64,000 nucleotides of DNA. Origin: Stylophora pistillata (Eukaryota). Both the position numbers and the translations under genes were made by a program. Shown here one piece after another: positions 39,001 to 49,046 of the stretch. The first letter of the stretch is position 1. Each line of letters starts with the position of its first letter. The notes under the pieces are model-generated. The model saw only the letters and a program-made list of their open reading frames with translations, did not search any database and was not told where the DNA came from. The DNA lies in contig NW_019217812.1 in the NCBI RefSeq assembly GCF_002571385.2, positions 199,021-263,020 on the forward strand, given 5' to 3'.

Positions 39001-41489
39001 CTTCTGCAGGCCGTCAAATAAAAGAAATGTGAATCAACTTTCCTTTACTGATTCAGGGTTCTTGATGAGAGCTGATAACCAGTTATTTTTACCAGCTGTT
39101 CAAGTAAATGTTATTGTCTATTTCACTGAGATCCAGGACTGAAATATTTTTACTGAATATATCCAACAATTCTTTTACATTTTTTGGAAAAATATTATTT
39201 GTCTCCTTCCAACCATTGTTGTGAAGATATCTATCACATTTTACCCATTTGAAAATATATCATATGTCGAAGAAATCCCGCTTTTTTTTTTTTTTTACCA
39301 AATTCCACCCTCACAGTCACCTTGTGAAATGCCCTCTGCCATGTTTCCTTTCCATTCTTCTCACAGCCAAGCAAAAAGGCCCCAGCATTCATTGAGAAAT
39401 ATCAGGTGTCCACACATGGAAAACTTGCCCTTGGACCCTTGTGGGGGTCTATATGGCCTGCACATTCCAGTGTGGGGGGAAGGTGACAAAGTTACCTACC
39501 ATTTCTTATTTTTTATATGCCATGAAAAAACTTGGTGAAAACCCTGCTAATTAAACATATTGAACTGTATGCATAAAAACTAAAAACAAACCTCATCATT
39601 ATATCCCATGTGCATTCCACAGTCAAGCATGATATTCTTCCCACCAATAGTAACAAGGATACAGCTGCGTCCAACATCTTCAAAATTGACAATGTTGCTT
39701 AATTATCATACAATATAGACTTTCAGTTGTGTCTCTATTAAACTGTTCTTCACATTTATTTAGTAAAATTCATTCATGATTAAGCACAAAATTAAGAACA
39801 CTCTCACTGAAAAGTGTCATAGATAATGATCTTATTTTTGTCAAAAAATCAGGAGGGAGAATGAATGCAACCAGAAACTCAAGCAACAATTATAAGAAGT
39901 GATTTTGGTTTTTTTTTTGTCACAATAATGAAACACAGCATTACATTTAATTAATGGATAGGAGACTGCCGACAATGAACAAAACAAAGTAAAATGTCAT
40001 TAAGTACATGCATAAGTAGATGTCTGAGATTAATTTTGAAGGTTAATTAGGATATATATTTCATGATCAGCAGATAGTTTTTTTTTCCAGTAACTACTCA
40101 AAAGATATCATATTAAAATGCCACATTACCTTGCCCAGCTCCTGACCAGATGATTCCCACAGATTACAATTATACCAGTGGAAAAAAAAATGATCACGTT
40201 TAGATCATCTAACAAACTCAGTAACATATAAATCAACTTTATGGACATTATTCATGGACAAACATTGTCATCGATAATTTTTTTACAACTGCATATGTTG
40301 TAGTTTGAAATAATTTTAAACTAATTGATCTATATTTTCCTTTTTCAAGAACTATCATGTGATATTGTACCTATTGCAAAGCAGATAACAACTCAATCTA
40401 GAGACCAATGTGACCAATGTGGGGTTTAAGTGAGATTTGTAACAGGAGTGCACCACAATATGACATCTGGGTAGAAAATATGCAAGGCCCAAGGCACCTG
40501 TGGGAGAGGGAGGGGGGATTGGAGGAGGGGGTCCAGGGGCATGCACCCAAACAATTTGAAATTCAATATCTGAAGACTGCTGTTTTGGATACAGTTAGAC
40601 AATCCTCAGGGATAGTACTATATAAAATATGATGGAGTAGCTGAGAGTTCTCTTCACAGCAAGTCAATTTTCCCAGTGCACAGTCCTTAAAACAGGTTCA
40701 AACCAAATGGAAAAAGGTGAAAGGGTTAAAATAGCCACCAAAATTTGGCAGAATGTCTTGTAGTTCATTGACTCATTATCCCCTGGTAGGCTTCAGTATT
40801 TTCAACTCACAACTTCTTGACTAAAATTTCAAATGCTACTGAAATTGCTGACCTTAGTGCGCCCCACATATGTTTACAATTACATGATTTAATTGCATGA
40901 TTTTGTCAGATATAATCAACAGTTTGAACACAAACATGATGTTCAATGATAGTGAATAATAGTTGAAGTGATCATTCCCTCTCATTAACAGCCTGGACCA
41001 TTTGAATGGGGCTTAAAGCAAAATAGTTTTTATTATAACGTCATTGACTGAAAAATTCACCCCAAGCCTTGTTTGTACTATAATATTCCTAAGTCTTTGT
41101 TCCCTTTTTTTCTTGTCGTTTTCATCGCATTCTTCTGATTTTAGTGTTTTAGTGATACTTTCTGATTAAAATCCAAACAGTGAGGCTTGAGGGTGAAATT
41201 ACATAATCTGATGTACATGTGCATTAATGATCTATTACCATACAGCCTCATACTTAGAATTATGCATTAAGTCCTTAGTTCCAATTTTCACACAGAGGAT
41301 AGTAAAGATTGATATGTATATATATATAACCCTGCTTAACCACTATTACAAGGCCTGGTAACACTTGCCGGGTCCTAAGGGGCCTTTTGAAAGGAGGTAC
41401 TGTACCACTACGCCAAAAGTCACAACACCTAATGAAATATCAAAAACCTTGTAATATTTACCTAACGGAACTACTTTAATGTCAGGCAT
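25891..41489 (-). CDS. INTS11: Integrator complex subunit 11 (CPSF3-like metallo-beta-lactamase/beta-CASP endonuclease), about 26 exons
   Basis: Exons read MPDIKVVPL|GAGQ|[22 protein letters not shown]|RRFPDF..|[13 protein letters not shown]..|[10 protein letters not shown]|[12 protein letters not shown]|..[14 protein letters not shown]..|[12 protein letters not shown]..|[12 protein letters not shown]|..[11 protein letters not shown]..|..LVSWTLQ|EEELGSH..; ATG at 41489, stop at 25891-25893. Confidence 0.95.
32931..33700 (-). mobile_element. Crypton-like (DUF3504-associated) internally deleted element with a terminal 160-bp palindrome, in an INTS11 intron
   Basis: ORF 33169-33528 [60 protein letters not shown] resembles the N-terminal half of Crypton/ZMYM-type recombinase proteins. 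Hairpin at 32931-33090. Confidence 0.7.
35936..36935. mobile_element. 1.0-kb non-autonomous DNA transposon with 9-bp TSD (Mutator-like)
   Basis: TTGCCTACA at 35927-35935 and 36936-36944; GG..CC termini; inverted subterminal AAGACC(C/T) repeats at both ends. Confidence 0.75.
37405..37793. mobile_element. Non-autonomous element with an approximately 190-bp near-perfect palindrome plus unique tail
   Basis: 37411-37599 folds back on itself around CTCGAGGCGATAGCCTCGAG; bounded by TATAA-like ends. Confidence 0.7.
37795..38070 (+). mobile_element. SINE family 1, 5'-truncated, tail type A
   Basis: Shared body up to GGGGTGGGATGGGTGGG (38008), then AATTGGCCCTGAAAAGCCC..GGGGAG..(TATG)n. Confidence 0.85.
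38165..38577 (+). mobile_element. SINE family 1 with duplicated tRNA head, tail type B
   Basis: Head AGCCCAATGGATAGTG..GAGGGTTC present twice (about 38173 and 38236); body to 38501; distinct tail ending AATAAATTAAATTAA. Confidence 0.85.
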
Positions 41490-41630
41490 TCTGTCAAAAT
41501 AGGGTCCAAAACTCTATAATGTCACATCTCAAAGGAAGCTTATTGCTCGCATGTGCCCGCTTCGCCCGCTTGTCGTCAGCCCAGTAATGTGGTCAGGGTT
41601 CTCCCCGTTGATTTATGCGCAGTACAAGGG
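41490..41630. promoter_or_regulatory. Probable bidirectional promoter / first exons of INTS11 and CPTP
   Basis: INTS11 ATG (-) at 41489; GC-richer patch; plus-strand donor-like AAGG/GTAAGC at about 41629; candidate acceptor AAAG at 43144 just before the CPTP ATG. Confidence 0.5.
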
Positions 41631-41723
41631 TAAGCTTGTTTTATAGAGATGAAACCGCAGGTATGAAAAATGGCTCATAAGCTTCGTATCGAGACCGATC
41701 GAAACCGAAATCATTGGCTTCTG

Positions 41724-43054
41724 GGTAAAGCATTCATGTTAGGTCCATATCATGTCCCAATAACTAATACACATTAATAATAATTAGTATATACTAAAAC
41801 AACTATTCACCTCAGTGTCGGTGGTTAGCGGTGGATATTTACCTCGCCGCTTCGCGGCTCGGTAAATATCCATCACCAACCACCTTCACTTCGGTGAATA
41901 GTTGTTAACTATTATAACATTCATGTATGTTGCACGATATGTCCTATGTAACCTAGTTCTATCAGTTACCTTTATTCTACCTCATTAACCCCCATCTACC
42001 CTAATTTATCCATGTTCTACTGGGCCATATACTCTCGATTACCCATGTTCTACCGCGTTAACCCTCATCTACCCTAGGTAAGCCATGTTCTACCACGTTT
42101 ACCCTCATCTACTATAGGTAACCCATGTTCTACCCCGTTTACCCCCATCTACCCTAGGTTAGCCATGTTCTACCACATTCACCCTCATCTGCCCTAAGTA
42201 ACCCACGTTCTACCACGTTTACCCGCATCTACCCTGGGGAACCCATGTTCTACCCCGTTTACCCTCATCTACCCTAGGTAACCCATGTTCTACCACGTTT
42301 ACCCCCATCTACCCTAAGTAGCCCATGCTCTACCACGTTTACCTCCATCTACCTTGGGTAACCCATGTTCTACCACGTTTACCCGCATCTACCCTGGGGA
42401 ACCCATGTTCTACCCCGTTTACCCTCATCTACCCTAGGTAACCCATGTTCTACCACGTTTACCCCCATCTACCCTAAGTAGCCCATGCTCTACCACGTTT
42501 ACCTCCATCTACCTTGGGTAACCCATGTTCTACCACGTTTAGCATCATCTACCCTAGGTAACCCATGTTCTATCACGTTTACCATCATCTACCTGAGGTA
42601 ACCCATGTTCTACCACGTTTACCACCATCTACCCTTGGTTAACCATGTTCTACTACGTTCACCCTGATGTACCCTAGGTAACCCCTCTTCTACCACGTTG
42701 ACCCCCATCTACCCTAGATTAGCCATCTTCTACCATGTTTACCCCCATCTACCTTAGGTAACCCATCCATGTTCTACCACGTCTACCCCCATGTACCCTC
42801 GGTTAGCCATGTTCCACCACGTTCACCCTCATCTAGCATCTACCCTAGGTTACCCATGTTCTATCACGTTTGCCACAATCTACCCTTGGTTAGCCATGTT
42901 CTACCAGATGGGGGTTAGTGAGGTAGAATAAAGGTAACTGATAGAGTAAGGTTACCTAGGACACATCGTGCAACATACATGATCGTTATAATACTTAGTA
43001 TTAATATGTATTAGTTATTGGGACACGATATGGACCTAACATGAACGCTTTACC
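41724..43054. mobile_element. Foldback-type element: long terminal inverted repeats enclosing a 40-bp minisatellite
   Basis: GGTAAAGCATTCATGTTAGGTCCATATC.. (41724) pairs with ..GATATGGACCTAACATGAACGCTTTACC (43054). Internal ACCCATGTTCTACCACGTTTACCCTCATCTACCCTAGGTA repeated about 23 times (about 41988-42905). Confidence 0.85.
41791..41912. mobile_element. Small palindromic MITE nested in the left TIR of the foldback element
   Basis: AACAACTATTCACC..GGATATTTACC..GGTAAATATCC..GGTGAATAGTTGTT; absent from the right TIR. Confidence 0.8.
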
Positions 43055-43163
43055 GCTGACGTCCAATGGTAATGAAACTCGCTTGAAAATAGCTCATAAA
43101 TAATTTAAGAAGTAACGACAAGGGAGAGATTAGTCTACTCAAAGGTCTATAACTTTAATTATT

Positions 43164-43799
43164 ATGACTGAGAGAAAGTTTGAACTCGCCATTGTTCTTG
43201 ATGCTTTTAAAAAAACACGACAAGAAGACGGAAGCCTTGTCATGGACGAATATATACGAGGATATGACGAACTTTGCAGATTTTTCGATATGCTTGGGAC
43301 GGTGTTTGGATTTATTACATCGGATGTGAGAGAAAAAATGGGAATTCTTCAAGGTTATCGAAGATCAGAACGTGGAGAGAAGTATGTATTAATTCAAGCA
43401 ATGCTTGATTTTGAAATTGAGAATGATTTGACACGGAAGAAAACGCACCCTCTGTCAGGATCAAGAACTCTTCTAAGGTTGCACCGGGCATTAGCTTTCA
43501 CTATGCTCTTCATGAGTAAATTAAGCCAATCATCAGACGACGATTCCTCGTATTGCATGGCCAAAGATGCTTATAATGAATCTCTGGCTAACTTCCATCC
43601 GTGGATAATTCGAAAGGCGGCATTATGGGCCATGTACACATTGCCGAGTGTCGGAGATTTTACCAAGAAAATTGCACAGCCAAACATGGACAAGGGCAAG
43701 ACCAAGCAATTATTGAAAGAGGTTGCAGATGCAATGAAACTAGTCTACGATGTTACCGAGGAACTTTACACCGAGCATAATCTGCATGACCTTCCTTGA
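43164..43799 (+). CDS. CPTP: Ceramide-1-phosphate transfer protein (GLTP fold, GLTPD1)
   Basis: Single coding exon, 211 aa. LGTVFGFITSDVREK, SGSRTLLRLHRAL, YNESLANFHPW and C-terminal LYTEHNLHDLP match CPTP rather than GLTP. Confidence 0.92.
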   Translation: MTERKFELAIVLDAFKKTRQEDGSLVMDEYIRGYDELCRFFDMLGTVFGFITSDVREKMGILQGYRRSERGEKYVLIQAMLDFEIENDLTRKKTHPLSGSRTLLRLHRALAFTMLFMSKLSQSSDDDSSYCMAKDAYNESLANFHPWIIRKAALWAMYTLPSVGDFTKKIAQPNMDKGKTKQLLKEVADAMKLVYDVTEELYTEHNLHDLP

Positions 43800-46700
43800 T
43801 GGAGAGCAGCCAGAGTGAAATGTTGCTAATGAGATTTTTGATATATTTGTGGTTATTCTTATAGAAAGTAGCTTGTATTTGGTAAATATTTGGAAAGATT
43901 TCCTTATAACCCCATACCAATAAAAAACAAAGCCGTAATCCCAATGGTAATCTGTTGTTTTGCCTCTGCTTAATCTTTTATTCAAGAATTCTATGCATAA
44001 TGAAGTATGGAGTTCTACAGAAATCTTGCCAAATATTTTATGAACAAAATCATTCTCTACTTTTTGGCTCAGATTGAATGCGTTTTTGATAGCAGTTGAT
44101 TTATGAGATATTTATCACCCACCAAAATGGAATCTAAGAAGCACCAGTCAGAGCAAATTAGAACCTTAGAAAAGGCCACTGAGAATTTTAGAAGAATACA
44201 CTTCACAAGCCTTGAGCTTGCCTGTGCTGTTTGCTGTTTTTTAGGGCTTACTGACAGGAAAAGCCATTCATCAATGATCAGTGAGGCTTATGTATACATG
44301 CAATAAGGTCAAATGTTCAATTTATTATTTCCAAAATGGAATTCTCTTGTTTTCTCCCTGCCTGCACATGAAATTAATGCATTATGATTCCTCTCCCAAA
44401 AAGGTTCAACTAGAAATAGTTGACTTCAAATTGAGTGACAGGTCTGTTTTGTTTTCTTCAGTCGTAAGGCCCTCCTTCTTTACAGTTTGTTTTGCACTCA
44501 ACACCCACACACAGCGAAAGTTTATTATTATGGTTTGTATGTGGGTGATAGGACCAGTTTCATTTAACACGTTTTTCTCTGATTGTTCAGGGTTTAGAGG
44601 TAACATCAAATTGCACCATGCAGTGTCTGTAGTGGTGCCCTCCTCTTGGTGTTTTAGTTGTCTTTACTTTTGTTCAGTGCCAAAACTCTTCAAAGCTTGG
44701 CAGGCTAGAAACAAGCATGGATTGATGTGACTGCTTTGGTTGCGCTAATTGGGTTAGTGATGGATTTTTCTGGTTAAGTAGATTACATTACTTTCCAAAG
44801 CTACTCCCAAAGCCTATTAGGGGATAAAATCTAAATCAATCCTGAATTGTGCACAACTTTCCATGAAAAAAATTAATGGTGGATGTATTTAATAAGGGTA
44901 TGTTTGAAATATATGTTAATAATTGTTTTGGAGCTTTCTGTCCAAATAAGAAATACCAATATGTTTATTCTAGTTTCCTTCTTTATGTAGAATTTATAGC
45001 CATAAAAAGTAATCCTGCTGGACTTATCATTTTCTAATTTTGTGGCACCCTATATAATTATGCTAAAAAAATGTGAGGACAAAGTTATCTTATTTCTTCA
45101 TAGTACAGTAAATAAAACATTTTAATATTAACTGATATAGCAGTTTTACTGGAAATATTTAAGTTAAAATGAAACCAGAATTAAGTGTCAAAATTTGATT
45201 GTACCAAAATTAATTTAGTTGTTCACAGGGGACACTAGAAATAGGTAACAACTTATCTTTAATTGGTCATCCAAGTAGGATTAATTGATTATAATCCTGG
45301 TAAATTCATGAGTAATTCATTACTTTGAGGAGAGAATCACTCTTCCTCTTGGATTTCTGTTCTGGAAAAAGGCAAGCTTACTTTGATTTATCCCCAGATG
45401 TTTGGTTTTTTTTTTTTTTAATATTGTCTGGTTTTCCTCTTCTAAATGTTTTGTATTTATAGTAGGCCTGCGACTGGGCTTTCAAGAAAGTGTCGCTGTG
45501 ATCTAAGTAAGAAATATAAGTACGAAATGTTCTAACCTTACTGTTTTCCAGCTTAAATTGTAACTTCATCTATATACTAAAACAAAGTTCTATGTGTGGC
45601 TTTCATTCTGAATGTTGTCAGAAGAGAAATCAGAATGTTTAATTTTGCCCTGACTCTATTCTACCCTTTTAAATTTGGTCTGTGACAAATTCACCTCTGT
45701 TAGTGTCTCCCCATCAATGCAAAGTTGCCAAAATAAATGCAAATAATACGAAACAAAAAGAAAATTTTAAAACAAATACAATTATCTATAGGCAGAAAAC
45801 CAAATTATGATTTGATGGAAATTCAACTTAGTACTTAAGAAGGAATTATCCAGGTTGGTTTTTCTCATGGAGATTGGAATGACCCAAACCAAGTTTTCAT
45901 AAAGCTTGTGTTGAGGTGAGATATCGCCAAATGTTAAAACTAGCACCTTGACCATAACTAAAAGAGTGCAACTCAGACAATATTCTCAAGCTGCAACTTC
46001 CATCATACATCTACTGTAAAAATGCATTACTTCTGTCTGATCACAAAACCATTGCTCTTCTGTATAATTATGCATTCAAATAACTGCAAAGATTCAAGTA
46101 TGATTTAGAAGTATTTTAATTTAATTCCACCTTCTCAATAGAACATTACAGACACTAATTTCTCACAAATAAGGCTACCTGGTAGCAATATAAAGACAAA
46201 AAGTACAGTGCTCACTGGTTCAGTGTAACAATAATTACAATTACTTTAAATTGTAAACTGAAATAACTTCAAAAGCTGAGGTGATAATATTTCAACTTTG
46301 GACAGATAGATTGATAATTTCTTTAACACCTGTGTAGGCCTTAATTTGTTCAACTCGTGTACTAAATAAATATAAACATTAAAATAAGTGATAGTATTTT
46401 TTAAACAATATTGATGATCAAACTGTAATCACAGCATTTCATGCCAGCATCCACAAGACATTGTAAAAGCTACAAAATGGCATAGAGTAACAGGAAACAA
46501 GATTTCTTTTCATTAATCTTAGTATATCTAACGATTAATTATACACACAATTTGTTTAATTTTTAAGGGTGCATACATAGTATGCAATTTTTTAACAAAT
46601 CTTCCCAAGAAAACTGTGCATTCCCTCTAAAACCTTTCCAAATTTGGTATGGCACACTGATTGTACAATTTGCTTCGTAACATTTGCATAGATAAAATCG

Positions 46701-46832
46701 ATACGATTTATAAAACATTGTGGCTAACTACCACATAGTCTGCTTGATACAAGCTACAAAAAATGTTATTGAAATAACACAACTGAACGTTACACAACGT
46801 TTTGGGTCTCAACATAAACTGTAAGAATTTAA

Positions 46833-49046
46833 CTAATAAAGTGCACTGAAGTCAAGATATCCAGCAAGAAAGCTATCTTCAACTGAAGAAGGAACATGTG
46901 CATCATTGACTTCAGGTACAGCTTCTCCACACACTGCATCATCCACAAGGTCTTCACCTTTAATGGCCATTGGATCATAGCCAAGAATTTTTGGAATATC
47001 ACACAAGAACCTGTAGACATATCTTTTCCCATGAACCTTCTCAATCACTGAATTGCCATAGTAGTAACGGATACCACGGCTCAACTTCTCGTAGTTCATT
47101 GTTGGCTTGTTTTTCTTCTTCCCCCACATCCTGGCCACTGTTGAGGGCTGAAGAATCTTGAACTCATAGTCCTCATCTTGAGTCCACTTGATCAGCTTTG
47201 AACATTTAGGGTCAGTGACCAACTCCAATAGGAATTGCCACAGTTGAATAGGTCCATCACCTGAAAGAAGGTATTCACAAGTTTCTAACTTAAAATTGAA
47301 CACATTGGGAGTAGAGAGAGAGCTAGCAAGATGTCAAAACTTGAAATACTAGTTGCACAGACCCCGATATTTGACCAGTGGTCTTGGCCCACGCTTTCGT
47401 CTTCTCACTGGCTTGGGTACAACAGCTGACAAAGTTGGTTCTGTTAAAAATAGGAGTTCAAATAATAAAAAATCAAGAGACCAATTTACAATAACAAAGA
47501 TGTCAAAATGAAAAAAAACTGATGATACCCTGTTTAATATTGCATTGGTCAGCTTCGCCATTTACTGATAAGGGTGACTCTGCAGACTGACTCACTCTGT
47601 CCACAAATAAGTCTAAAAGGTTACACAGAAAAAAAAATTTAGAAAACACAAAAAATTACAGAATTCTCACCTTAGAGTACCCTTACAGAAAACAGGTTTG
47701 AACATGACAATCAGCCATTCCTCAGATCATTCTTATAAATTCAGTGGTGTATGTATGTTTTGATAAGATTACTTTTCACTAACCATCAATGTTTTCAAGG
47801 TCACTTTGAATCCCTTCGTCAGTACTGGTGTTTGAACCGGATTCACTGGTAGGTGGGCTGTAAGGAGGGCTGCTGCTAGCGGGTGAGTTGTACACTGTAT
47901 CACCACAAACTTGGAACTTAGCCTCCTCTTTTGTGATGACAGGCAAAAAACTGGGTGGATATGTTGTGTTGGGTACTTCATCTAGCAGCCCATCAAACAC
48001 TGCTGGGTCTGGTAAGTGATCAAAATCTGAAAAATGAAAGGAATATTAAATATACTTGTAATATGATTAGACATGTGCAAACTTAAGGTTACTTTGAACC
48101 AGGACCGATCCACATGTACCTTCCCCATTCAATGTCTACTCATAAGTTCATGGCTAAAGTCACTTAATTGTGGGAGGTGTAAGTGAGCTGTAGGGGAAAA
48201 AGGATTAAGCTGCAAGTGATGAAAATTGTTATCACCTCCTCTTTTAATTTTAGACATGATGCAACACTACATGATAATGATAGAAAACCAATATAAATCT
48301 GGCTATCCTCCATTCCCTCCCTGTCCTCTACAGAACAAGAGGATACAAATCGTCTTAGTTGTGCAACCATGCAGTTTTCAAAGATCAGACTTGAATAAAA
48401 ATTGTCATAAAACAAAGGCAAAAGTTGAATAAAAATTAAAAAAGCTGACGATGTTGAAAAACGAAAACAGGAAGTCTTAACGAATTGGACCAGGTGCCAA
48501 TGAAGGGCGATTCGAAACTAATTGGAATTAGGTCGCCTTGGAGACAAAGAGTGACGTTTTCCAAACGGAAAACACAACAATTGAAAATTGCACGAGTAAA
48601 ATTTAGGTCATAATACCTTTATTAAATCTCTCTGGTTCGGGATTGAAAGCGGAGTAGTCTGAAAAGCCATTGACCGAAATCCCATTGAAAAGAGCATCCA
48701 CTTCGTCTTCTTGAAGGCCATACAGATCATCCAAGAAGGACTTTTCTTGAGGAAACTCGACGACTGCAAATTAAAACACAAATAAACTCGAATATTTTCA
48801 AGTTCTAAACTTTTTCCTCTTTCGATTTTAGATGAGAACACAGAGGGCGTTCTGAAAAAGATGGTTTTAGGTTGGTTTAGGATATAAATTTAGCGACTTC
48901 AAACCTGGTTGCCTCATGGTGTGAATTTTCTGATTTCGACCGATCTGAGGAGCACACATCAACCGTTCAAAGCCTGGTACCGGAGTTGCGTCGGGTACGA
49001 GTGGTTGGTTTGCATGAAGAAGGCTCATCTGCATGAATCGATCCAT
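46833..49046 (-). CDS. ETS-domain transcription factor, ETS1/2-like DNA-binding domain, 6 coding exons
   Basis: Phase-1 exons from ATG 49046 (49046-48905, about 48763-48617, 48027-47783, 47612-47529, 47440-47363, 47261-46833). [40 protein letters not shown]. Confidence 0.9.

Noticed and set aside
41988-42905. CRISPR array or coding repeat
   Set aside because: Degenerate head-to-tail minisatellite without spacers and with no long ORF in the track.
44281-44730. 149-aa ORF and other short ORFs in introns, UTRs and SINEs
   Set aside because: No motifs, mostly non-ATG starts; explained by UTR, intron, repeat or antisense shadow sequence.
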